DNA of 62,908 nucleotides, the filler included, from Octopus bimaculoides (Eukaryota): assembly GCF_001194135.2 (NCBI RefSeq). It is 3 parts of 3 records of this genome, joined end to end, with 100 filler letters (N's around TTAATTAATTAA, not from the genome) between each part and the next. Parts side by side here need not be neighbours in the genome. Positions count along the whole stretch, not along the records: positions 1 to 29,968 come from NC_068983.1; positions 30,069 to 48,440 come from NC_068997.1; 1 more part is not named here. The stretch is one strand, 5' to 3'. A program made the translations under genes and the position numbers. Positions 24,908 to 35,990 of this stretch are shown one piece after another. The notes under the pieces are model-generated. The model searched no databases. It saw only the letters and a list, made by a program, of their open reading frames with translations, and had not been told where the DNA came from. The number at the start of each line of letters is the position of its first letter. The stretch's first letter is position 1.

Positions 24908-25437
24908 ACGAAGTATCAAGAAGTTCCCGGACTAGTTATGTTTAATAAAAATAATAACTTATTTACCTAAGTTTTAACATCATTTCCTTCAAAATAGTCA
25001 CCTTGTGCAGCGATTGACCGGTCCCAGCGTTCCTGCCACTTTTGGAATCTGGCCTGGAAGTCGTTTTCCGTAAGCGAGTCGAGAACCTTCTGCAGTTCGC
25101 TCTGGATCATGACAACAGTGTTAAAAGATTGACCTTTGAGCTGCATTTTCTTGCGGGAAGAGATGGAAGTTGGCAGGTACTCAATATGGCGAATAGGACG
25201 GGTGCCGGAGCGATACTGTGTTGTTTCTGGCGAGAAATTCACGAGTGAGGGGTGCTCGGTGACATGGTGCATTGTCGTCGTGAAGAATCCAAGTCTTCGC
25301 GCCCTACAGATCCGGTTGCTTTTGCCGGATGTCCCCCTTCAAACGCTTCAAAGCGTCGTAGTAAAACTCCCGATTGACAGTCTGGGGCTGGGGAAGGATT
25401 TTCTAGGCACAACACCGCGAATGTCGAAAACCGTTGA
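24908..25437 (-). mobile_element. 5'-truncated mariner (DD34D) transposon, transposase C-terminal pseudogene with 3' TIR
   Basis: WILHDDNAPCH, a degenerate YSPDLAP box, and KWQERWDRSIAAQGDYFEG. D-to-D spacing is 34 after correcting one frameshift. TIR-like tacgaagtatcaagaagttcccggact at 24908. Confidence 0.88.
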
Positions 25438-25443
25438 ACCTGC

Positions 25444-25492
<49 letters not shown>

Positions 25493-26041
25493 GTTTCGTT
25501 TCCATTATCAAATTGGAAACTGTAGATAGTCAGATAGTCTTATTTCTTTCTCAGTCTAATAATAAATCCGTAGATATATACAATATTTTGTTCAAGGTGT
25601 ACCGGATGTCTCTGTCCAATTGTTAATACAAAATATATTTCCTTTTCATAAAGTCAAAATACCAGTTTGTCTCACTGATTCTTTGAAATACTTGCTTTCA
25701 TTTGGTTACATGAATATCACAACACATATGGAAATTCAGATAAATGTCGAACCATATTGTCACTGTTTGTTGCCGCAAACCTTTTAAGTACTTTTCCAGT
25801 TCAGTCATGTAAGCTATATCGTTTCTTGCGCTACAGTTCCCCAATAGTATCTTCTTCGGAGAGGCTCAACTTTACTTGCAGTTTCTTATTCCTAAGAAAA
25901 ATCCTACTAGTGGAATAATATATATTTTACCCTTTTCGGAATGTTGGAAAACAATATTTTGATCCAGTAACAAACGGATCCATTGCAATTAGGAATCAAC
26001 GAGGAAACCTCTCATTCATAATTTTCCTCCTCTTTATACTT

Positions 26042-26275
26042 TCTTATTTCTTTACTGCCCTCAAGGGGCTACACACAGACGGGACAAACAAGGACAGACA
26101 AACGGTTTGAGTCGATTATATCAACCCCAGTGCGTAACTGATACTTAATTTATCGACCCCGAAAGGATGAAAGTCAAAGTCGACTTCGGCAGAATTTGAA
26201 CTCAGAACGTAGCGGCCGGGGAAATACCGTTAAGCATTTCGCCCGGAGTGCTAACGCTTCTGCCAGCTCGCCTCT
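26042..26275 (-). mobile_element. Family D SINE, variant tail
   Basis: cttaatttatcgaccccgaaaggatgaaagtcaaagtcgacttcggcagaatttgaactcagaac...ctgccagctcgcc. Tail as at 16250-16330. Confidence 0.88.
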
Positions 26276-27359
26276 TTATAGTTTTTGTTTTGTTTGTTTC
26301 TTTATTCGTTTCTAATGCCAACTTTGAAAAATCTCTCCGATCCATTCACTCACGCACTAAATATTTTGTGCCACTCAAGCGCTCATACAGATGCACACTG
26401 ATTCGTGCACTCATACTCACTCACTCACTCACTCACTCACACATATGCGCACACTCTCTCTGTTGTTCCCTGTTTCTTTAATTTGGAACCTGACACACAT
26501 TCACGTGCGCACCCAAACACAAACATATATACACAGAATCAACGTTTCCCACAATCTCTATTTCATTTTAGCCTACCTCTCACGATCAGTTTCTTTCCTA
26601 GCTCTTTGTATATTTTTTCTTATCAACCTCTTGTTTTCCCACCCTCCTCAAACATTTAGATTTATATTATTTATGCTCTTCTATTCTTTATCTGCTTGAG
26701 TTATACTTCCACATGCAAATTTAATAACCTTCATATCTTTTACCTCATACTCTTTTCTCTTTCAGAAATTCTTTTTTTCTTCCCATTTTCCACTCATTAG
26801 TTCTCACTGACATCTCTCTCCCTCCACTATTCCACTCATCCTGCTTACGTTGCATTATTTTACTTCTATCATGTCACTCTAGCTTCACACTTCTCTTATA
26901 ATGCGTTCATCCTATTTAAGCCGTTGTGAATCAGTTGTCTAAACTCTTGGCTATAGGGCGAAAAAGATTATCCCCGTCATTTTTCTGTCGTGCAAGAAAT
27001 ACTTATTATTCTTCTGTATGTCAGTATGCATCGATCAGAAGGAAGTTTCATATCATAAAATCTACATAAGATCTACATTCATATCATAACTGTGTTGATG
27101 GGACATGGCCCATCAATGTGTGTATGCACACGCGGGACTCGTGAGTCTCTATACGGATGCGCATGAATACAGTTTGTAAATTGTGTATATATGTGCACAT
27201 ACAACTTCACACACACAAACACATACACACACAAGCACACCACGCGCGCGTGTATATATATATATATATATATATATNNNNNNNNNNNNNNNNNNNNNNT
27301 ATGTATGTATGTATGTATGTATGTATGTATGTATGTATGTATGTATGTATGTATGTATC

Positions 27360-27390
<31 letters not shown>

Positions 27391-28852
27391 CTATCTATGT
27401 AACAAACACAAGAAAAAAACAACAACCTGAGGACGTGGTACATGTAAAGTATTAGTAGACCCTCAGGGAAGGCAAGAAAGGTGGTTTTACGCTTCGAGCA
27501 AAGTTCTTCAGAAATAGGGAAGTCCAAGAGAAAAGAGAGACGGGGGAAAAAATTACCAACGATTCACAAGTGGTAACATATATACATACATATACACACA
27601 CAAGGTCAGCTTGGGTGTAAAGTTGGGGTATTTCCAGGGAGGTACTCAATCCAAATACTGGGCTATAATCACTGTCGGGACCCAAGCCAAGGCCAGAATA
27701 GTTCTGGTGTAGAAAATCCAAGTTTCACGACGATTATACCGTCATATGTTTTGACGTGTAGTAAATAATCCAATGAAATGAAGAAGAGAAAGGAAATTCT
27801 TTTACACATCTTTAACTATAAGTTACAAACGTTTCTGTACCATCCCCATTCACAACGCGAGTTTACGCAAAAATTCTAAAAGAAAAATCACGTAATATTT
27901 GTGGTTTTAGACATTGGAGAAGCACTTCCTTAGACTTGCTTCAAATGTGTGCTATTACATTGTGCGTCTGTCAGACCTTGTTGTTGAGAAAATATCGGGA
28001 GGAAGTAAAGAAGAAAAAAATTAAGAGTACGTATGCAGGATGAGTATGTGGGGAAGATATTAAGCGGATTGAGGGAATCAAGAAGAGGATACGTATAATG
28101 ATAGGAGGAAGAAATGGAAGGTGGTGGTGGGGGCGAATAGAAGAAGACGGAAGTGAAGTAGAAGGAGGGGAAGAGGAAAGAAGAGAAGAATCGAAAGAAG
28201 GATAACGAAAGGAAGAAAAAAAGAAAGGGGAAGAGAGAGAGAGAGAGAGAGAGAAGTAGATACAGTGGGCAGTGCTTCATATAGCAAAATAGTTTATCTA
28301 GTCGTAAGCTGGTGGTGTGTCATCCAGTACCGACAGAACACTTGTTACCAAAATTCGTCCGATGGAAGAAGATGTATTTGACCACACAGCGGTCTACGAC
28401 AACTGAAAGTGAAAAGATCTATTAAATAGATAACTAGACAGTTGCCCAGAATGAAATGATGAGGATAATAATGATATATGTTGTGGGGAAACCTAATTTA
28501 TGGCCTTAGTGTGTTTCAGTCCAGGGAAAGAGATACAAGTAGGAACACAAAAAGATGAAGAGATAGAAGAGGAGGGGAGTCCCTAGAAGGGGACAGTAGA
28601 GTCCTAAAAACCGGATCAGAAAATGGAGTTTAATTCAATTAAATAGCGGTCAAGAAAATTTAAAATTATATATGTTTTTAAAATATATGTTATACATGTA
28701 TGACCAAAATAAAAATACAGAATAATAAAAATAAAATGAGATGGATGCGCGGAGTGATATATATAGTTATTGGTGTATAGGTACATATATACATATACAC
28801 ACACATATACATACACGTACATACGAAAGAATATGTACACATGGAGACTCAG

Positions 28853-28883
<31 letters not shown>

Positions 28884-29639
28884 TACATACACATGTACAC
28901 ACACATACTCGCACACGCGAGCTACTCAAACTGAAGAAAATCCTAGCTGGGTCCAACCTGCAAGGCCATGTGCTGTTTAACATTTACCTTGATAAGGGGT
29001 AACCATATATCATGTCACTGGTGCGTCATTTTGATGGCGTGTGCACTTCTCTCACTCAGTAATAATAATGATGATGATGATGATGACAATAATCATAATA
29101 TGTTGTTTGTATTAATAAGGGAAATCACAATCTATGTAAAGAAATCCATACATAGTATAAAATTTAATATTTATTTACAGAAAAAGATTACGAATGTGTT
29201 TTATTAATCTTATAAATTCTTCAAAGCTTTTGAGAGCTTTTGAGAACATTTATCATGAAGGCATATGTTTAATAATGGCCGATAGTAAAGAAGAAAACTT
29301 AGGGAGAACGTTGATAAAAGACGCGGTGGGGTAAGGTATGAAATTAAAATCGTTGAATTATTTATTCGGAAAGATTCTATATCATATTGAATTTTAACCA
29401 TTTAAAACTGATTTATCATTGTAAATTTTCATTTCTAAACAAAAATGCACACATCAACAATTTCTATAAAATTTGCTGTTTTGTAAATGCTGCATACATT
29501 ACTGTTAAGGTTTTGAATTGGCAGAATCGTAAGAAACGAGAGTGGAGTCTCTGCTTTCTCAGCTCAAATCCCGCAGAGGCCAAATTTGATTTCATTATTT
29601 CGATGTTGACAAATATTATTATTATTATTATTATTATTT

Positions 29640-29850
29640 TTTACTCTAAGCATAAGGCTCTTTTTGGAGGGGTGAGGGTGGGAAGTCGATTAGATCGACC
29701 CCAGTACGAAACTAGTACTTAATTTATCGACCTCGAAAGGATGAAAGGCAAAGTCGACCTCGGCGGAATTTGAGCTCAGAACGTAAAGACAGATGAAATG
29801 CCCCTAAGCATTTCGCCCGGCGTATTAACATTTCGGTCAGCTCACCGCTT
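29640..29850 (-). mobile_element. Family D SINE
   Basis: tactctaagcataaggc...gtcgacctcggcggaatttgagctcagaacg...tcagctcaccgc. Confidence 0.85.
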
Positions 29851-29930
29851 TACGTTGATAAATGTTATATCACTCTTCGCCGGTGGATTTGTAGAAAATT
29901 CTGTGTGCGTGTGCGCGTGTGTGTATATTT

Positions 29931-29968
<38 letters not shown>

Positions 29969-30068
29969 NNNNNNNNNNNNNNNNNNNNNNNNNNNNNNNN
30001 NNNNNNNNNNNNTTAATTAATTAANNNNNNNNNNNNNNNNNNNNNNNNNNNNNNNNNNNNNNNNNNNN
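29969..30068. other. Artificial scaffold-join linker (44 N + TTAATTAATTAA + 44 N)
   Basis: Exactly 100 bp, with stop codons in all six frames. An identical linker is at 48441-48540. Confidence 0.9.
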
Positions 30069-30101
<33 letters not shown>

Positions 30102-30705
30102 AATGAATGACGGAAGATGGAATATATGAGAATTTATTAATCACGACAATTGTTTCGACACCTCTAGCATCGATCCTTCATGGGTGGGACACTCAACAAC
30201 TGGTTCAGGAGCATCCGGTGGTGGAGATGTATCTCGTCGGGTGATAAATAAATACAACTCGTTAAAATAACTGTTCTGCAATGTAACTTCCCGTTTTGTA
30301 GAAAGAAAAGCAACCAGATGGCGGAAATATCTTCATTTATATAGAAGATCAAAAATAAAATCACAGATGGCAAAAGGAAAAACGAACACACAATCCAGCG
30401 AGAAAAGTATTAAAAATAACTGTTAATAGATATGGATGTATAAACGCCCTCGGGCAAGCATCATGGCGCTAGTCCGCTCGCTCATACAGGTATCCGCAAA
30501 AATGTGAGCATACGCACATGTTATGTTTGGTACACACATGATCACAAAGCGAGTTAGTTATCTACTTAGTGTTTGTAAGAATGGGGAGGTTAAAAGTAAA
30601 CTTAAGTCATCCATACCTTAAAGTAAATTGAATTAAGTTAACGGCTACTCAAAATTCATTCCCACTGCATTGTGCGAAAGTGCATTTTTCTGCGTGTATA
30701 TATAC

Positions 30706-30771
<66 letters not shown>

Positions 30772-30860
30772 ATGTATATATATATATATATGTGTGTGTG
30801 TGTATATATATATATATATGTGTATATATATATATGTGTGTGTGTATATATATGTGGATG

Positions 30861-30892
<32 letters not shown>

Positions 30893-31366
30893 TATATANN
30901 NNNNNNNNNNNNNNNNNNNNNNNNNNNNNNNNNNNNNNNNNNNNNNNNNNNNNNNNNNNNNNNNNNNNNNNNNNNNNNNNNNNNNNNNNNNNNNNNNNNN
31001 NNNNNNNNNNNNNNNNNNNNNNNNNNNNNNNNNNNNNNNNNNNNNNNNNNNNNNNNNNNNNNNNNNNNNNNNNNNNNNNNNNNNNNNNNNNNNNNNNNNN
31101 NNNNNNNNNNNNNNNNNNNNNNNNNNNNNNNNNNNNNNNNNNNNNNNNNNNNNNNNNNNNNNNNNNNNNNNNNNNNNNNNNNNNNNNNNNNNNNNNNNNN
31201 NNNNNNNNNNNNNNNNNNNNNNNNNNNNNNNNNNNNNNNNNNNNNNNNNNNNNNNNNNNNNNNNNNNNNNNNNNNNNNNNNNNNNNNNNNNNNNNNNNNN
31301 NNNNNNNNNNNNNNNNNNNNNNNNNNNNNNNNNNNNNNATATATATATATATATATATATATATAT

Positions 31367-31531
31367 ACGACGGACTTCTTTCAGTTTCCGTCTATCAAAT
31401 CCACTCACAAGGCTTTGGTTGACCCCTGAGGGTATGGTAGAAGACGCTTACTCAAGGTCCACGCAGTGGGAGTGAACTCGGAGCTTGTACTTGGGAAGTA
31501 AATTGGTCATCACACAGCCACGCCTGCGCCT
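31367..31531 (-). mobile_element. Family A SINE 5' half
   Basis: gacggacttctttcagtttccgtctatcaaatccactcacaaggctttgg...cacacagccacgcctgcgcc. Confidence 0.8.
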
Positions 31532-31710
31532 ATATGCAAATCATTTCTCAATACTTCTCATTTAAAATAGGAAAGTATTCCAGTGAGTCGTATGAACGGT
31601 GGGTTTCAGAGACTCTGATAAGAACTTGGTCATGTTTCTGCCAAATTATTCGTGTTTGTGGCCAACAATTAAAAAGACAACTGCATTGAAAATAGAAGCA
31701 TTGAATTGTT

Positions 31711-31966
31711 CGGAAATACCGAATTGAGGTAACTCTGAACAGATTTAAAGCTGTAGCCGTCAATTTGTCATTAGAAGTTGAAATATGTCATAAACATATT
31801 TTAACTAACCTAAAGTTTGCTTATGCCTAATCACTGTTTGGCACTGATACTGCTGATGTTTCCCGACCGGGCGATCCAATGGCGTAACTCAGTTAATGTT
31901 GTTCTGTGTTTTTAGTTTAAGCTGCGGCTTTAAATCAGCTCAGAGTTACCTCGCTTTGGTATTTCC
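31711..31966. mobile_element. Candidate MITE with about 45-bp inverted arms
   Basis: ggaaataccgaattgaggtaactctgaacagatttaaagctgtagc versus the reverse complement of 31921-31966, ggaaataccaaagcgaggtaactctgagctgatttaaagccgcagc. Confidence 0.6.
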
Positions 31967-32186
31967 CTTTATTGCAGCTGAAAAGCGTGAAACGCTGCTT
32001 TTGGAAATCCAGCACTGGGCAGATATGGTGTTTTCACACCTTTTTTTTTTTTACACCTTTTTATCAGAAGAGAGAATTTTTCTCCACGGAAAATGCACTG
32101 GATGTCACAAACATATTGTACCTAACCTAAAACTCGCGCGCACGCGTATGTGTGTGTGTGTGGTACGTGTGTGAACATCCAATAAA

Positions 32187-32546
32187 ACTTTTATTATATT
32201 TCCATTCCATAAACTTTACAACCGGAATGAAATTGAGAGAAAATGCAAAGAAAAGGACTTTATTAAGAAATTCAAACCCACTCTTAACAAACAATGATTA
32301 AATTTATCTTATTTGGGGTTTAAAAACTTTATCCCTATAACTAAAACACAAAAAATCTCTCAAATGTCATCATTTCTAAAAATAAACTTGGCATCAATTC
32401 TAAAAATAGCCAAACAAATACTGCTGCTGTCCAAAGGAATTGGTATAAAAGACAGAAAACCAGCCAGTCTATTACAGTCTGTTACAGTCTGTCAGATATA
32501 GGCCATGATGAATACCACAAGGTATTGAAAATACGTATTCGTCTTT
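32187..32546 (+). mobile_element. Penelope-like element 3' end (GIY-YIG C-terminus plus pLTR start)
   Basis: 32187-32297 reads TFIIFPFHKLYNRNEIERKCKEKDFIKKFKPTLNKQ*, resembling the E..(F/Y)I...KP.LN end of GIY-YIG domains. An HHR motif follows. Confidence 0.7.
32500..32545 (+). ncRNA. Minimal hammerhead ribozyme motif with one core substitution
   Basis: GGCC-AUGAUGA-AUACC-ACAA-GGUAUU-GAAA-AUACGUAU-UC-GUC. Stem II hairpin, palindromic stem III, UC cleavage site. C3 is replaced by A. Confidence 0.6.
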
Positions 32547-32866
32547 NNNNNNNNNNNNNNNNNNNNNNNNNNNNNNNNNNNNNNNNNNNNNNNNNNNNNN
32601 NNNNNNNNNNNNNNNNNNNNNNNNNNNNNNNNNNNNNNNNNNNNNNNNNNNNNNNNNNNNNNNNNNNNNNNNNNNNNNNNNNNNNNNNNNNNNNNNNNNN
32701 NNNNNNNNNNNNNNNNNNNNNNNNNNNNNNNNNNNNNNNNNNNNNNNNNNNNNNNNNNNNNNNNNNNNNNNNNNNNNNNNNNNNNNNNNNNNNNNNNNNN
32801 NNNNNNNNNNNNNNNNNNNNNNNNNNNNNNNNNNNNNNNNNNNNNNNNNNNNNNNATATATATATA

Positions 32867-33794
32867 TATATAGGAACAAAAACGAAAGAGAAGACAATAA
32901 AACATTCGGACAGATAGACGATACAAAAGCGGAGAGGAAAGACAACAATTAGAGGAACAGGAAATAAACGGACGGGTCATTCGTAGTCTCCTTTCTTCAG
33001 TCAAGTTACCAGATGTCCTTACAGTTTCGGGCAGTTACACTTGAGACTGTTCGATCTGGTTGCCTCCAAAAAAGTCTAAACTAAGAGCATCAGATTTTTT
33101 GTAAGAAAGCTAGCGAATGTGTACAACAACAACGACAACAAACGGAGGACATGGTACACAATTACAAATACAAACAACAAGAATATAACAACAGATGTCT
33201 TTCGACTGGACACGAGTCAAATTGAGCTGGAGTGTACGAAGTGAAAGGCTTAAGGCTGGAACATTGGAGATGGACATTAGAGGTGTTGGCGGTCGGCAGT
33301 CAAGCCAAGAAAGATCATGGCTGACCGGACACCGGAAAGGAGGAGAGAGAGGTAGGGAGCAGCGGGATTGAAAGATTAGAAAAAAATGAAAGAGATAAAG
33401 GGAAAGGCACAGGGGAGATAAACGAGGAGGAAAAGTGGGAGCTAAAAAAAGAGAGGGTCAATTAATGTGAGAGAGAGGAGGAGCGAGAAAAAGAAAAGAG
33501 GAAGAAAGTATGAGGGGGACTAAAACACTGAGTAAAATAATCGTACAAAATTTAGATACATACTTACTATAAGGTGAGCACAAGTGTGTACCTACGCCGC
33601 TATATATATATATATATAAATATACAAAATGGAACAAAAAGGCAATAGAGGACAATAAGACATTCGGACAGATAGGCGATACAAAGGCGGACAGGAAAAA
33701 CAACAATTAGAGGTACATGAAAAAAAAACGTCCTTCTTTCTTCAGTCAAGTTACCAGATGTCCTTACAGTTTCGGGCAGTTGCACTCGAGACTG
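32867..33794. repeat. About 190-bp direct repeat pair around a purine-rich spacer (PLE pseudo-LTR-like)
   Basis: 32867-33050 and about 33600-33794 share acattcggacagatag.cgatacaaa...ttcttcagtcaagttaccagatgtccttacagtttcgggcagtt.cact.gagactg. Confidence 0.7.
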
Positions 33795-34084
33795 ATATAT
33801 ATATTACTGTCACACAAAAGTGTTGTGTTTGTCCACGAGTAGTTGTGTCCGTGAATCCGTGTGTGTGTGTGTGTGTGTGTGCATGCGTGTGTGACTGTGA
33901 GTGTGTTTTTGTGTCTGTGTGTGTCTCTGTGTCTCTGTGTGTGTCTACGTCTGTTTGTGTTTGTGTGTGTGAGCATGTTACATAGCTGATCTTAAGATGG
34001 CAATCTTCTAAATATGGCATCTAAAAACAATATTTACAAAAACCTTTCTACTTTTATTGATTTCTTTGATGTCTTTATTGGGAA

Positions 34085-34330
34085 CCTATACCTACACATA
34101 ACCATATACATATAAACATACATTCATGCATACATATATACATGCATACATACATACAAAATATATACATGCATGCATGCATACATACATGCATGCATAC
34201 ATATATACATACATACATACATGCATACATACATACATAATATATACATACATGCATGCATACATACTTACATGCATACATACATACATACATACATACA
34301 TACATACATACATACATACATGCATACATA
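34085..34330. repeat. (CATA)n/(CATG) microsatellite array
   Basis: Directly visible tetranucleotide array; representative of many similar arrays in the window. Confidence 0.95.
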
Positions 34331-34479
34331 CTGGTATCGAATGCAGATAGTTGGCATAGAGGACTATTCCCTTTCCCGGGTAATCAATACTGTCCCCTAT
34401 CATTTTTGTCCTTAATACAAGACTGGTAAAAGAAATGGTTATCTTTAAATAAAATGCAAAGAAACATTTTTTTGAAAAG

Positions 34480-35990
34480 ATCGTAGCATTAATGAAGCAG
34501 TGAAATACAAGCCACGTGAAAAATTACTATACTCGGAGTCAGCTATCACAGATCGTGGAACTATTGAGACAAATTCCATTGGATTTTCAAACTGAGGCAA
34601 GCCCTATACCAGTTCTACAGAGAAGATACGGAAGATCCCTCAATAGGCTATATAAAGAGACTCAACTTTTTCAGATAAGCAATTGTTCCAGCAAGCGACA
34701 TTTGTTGAAAAGAAATATGCCACCTTACCGAACAAAATCACTCAGTCAAAATGCACAAGTGATAAAACTCGTAGTAACAACACATTAAACTTTTCTTCCT
34801 GAAGAGACTGTGAACGACAACACGACCAAGACGAATACAACAATAAAAACCACCACCACTACACGGACATGTTGCAACCACTTACGGTCCCACAAAAACG
34901 AGCGAGGAAAATACTAAAACCACAGCCGGCATCGAAGTTCAAGCAGAACTTCACTACTTCTATACATAAAGGCGCAACATGAGAGAACGATACCTACACG
35001 TGGTGGAAAAAAGCCCACCGACCTGGTGTTTCCCACGATCGATGAAATTCCGTGAGAACAAGTAGCTCAAATTCAATCTCCCAGCTTTTGGACAATAAAT
35101 CTCCTGCTATACTGTGCCGCAGTAACTATGTATCAACAGATGGGAGTAAAAGAGGCCGATCCAAAGGATAATACTGCGCCAAAATGAATTACCTTCCGCC
35201 AAAGTAACATCAATGGACTCAGGAAAAAAGGTAGAAGAGTTGGACACTACCTTTAAACGTAAGGTTAAAAATAAGTTCAGAAATCACCAGCTACAACCGC
35301 ATGATAGGTTCTCCAAATTGTATGAGAACTGCCACCGAGAAATACTCAAGGTAAACTTATCACCCTCAAACACAATCTAGAGAGGTAAGTGGAAAAACTT
35401 CGTTATTGTAAATATTTACATGAACGGAAAATGATAAACCGAAAGTTTATTCGAAACTCGCAAGCTGTATATTGCAGTGTGAAAGATGAGCCATTTGTGG
35501 GTGGAGACTGAACTGTAAGCAAAGAACACAACTGCGAAGTGGATACACTCTAAACGCCTCTCCCAAAACATACAACATCACCAGTGAAACACTCCTGACG
35601 GTTATTATGAAACTACAGAATAGAAGATCACCTGGGAGAGACCTGATAGGAGGCCACTGGTACAAAAATCTCACGTTCTACAGGGAAATTCTTATGAATT
35701 CGTTTAAAACAACAATGGACGTTGGGCTAGATATATCAGATCAGTTGACGGTTGCATGGACTACTCCTATCCCTAAGAACGAAGATACCCATATAGCCAA
35801 AAACTATAGGTTCATAACATGCATGAATATCATGTACAAACAGGCTGTCTGAACATGTTTCTCCAAGACCACTGCCAAGCGAATGGTGTAATAACCGATG
35901 AACTGGCAGGAGGAAAGAAAAGTTTCCCCTCAACAAAGTTGTCTTTAAGGAAGCCAGGAAACATTGCCATAATCTCTTAACAATATGGCT
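34480..35990 (+). mobile_element. Decayed R4/Dong-like non-LTR retrotransposon fragment (N-terminus to RT start)
   Basis: RRSPGRDLIGGHWYKNL...TTPIPKNEDTHIAKNYRFITCMNIMYK (35607-35830), then FLQDHCQANGVITDELAGGKK and VVFKEARK. This matches the RT domain 0-2 pattern of RLE-class elements. The 5' boundary is approximate. Confidence 0.72.

Noticed and set aside
27623-27760. Kringle domain from GYNHCRDP
   Set aside because: Only a 5-6 residue resemblance to NYCRNP; the other kringle cysteines and the W-C-Y motif are absent.
27820-27865. Fifth hammerhead candidate (minus ...GAAACGUUUGUAAC)
   Set aside because: The GAAACGUU half is present, but no recognisable CUGANGA box or stem II; too degenerate to call.
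30013-30024. TTAATTAATTAA as a biological motif (piggyBac TSD or homeodomain site); also 48485-48496
   Set aside because: It is centred in exactly 44+44 Ns both times, so it is an artificial join marker.
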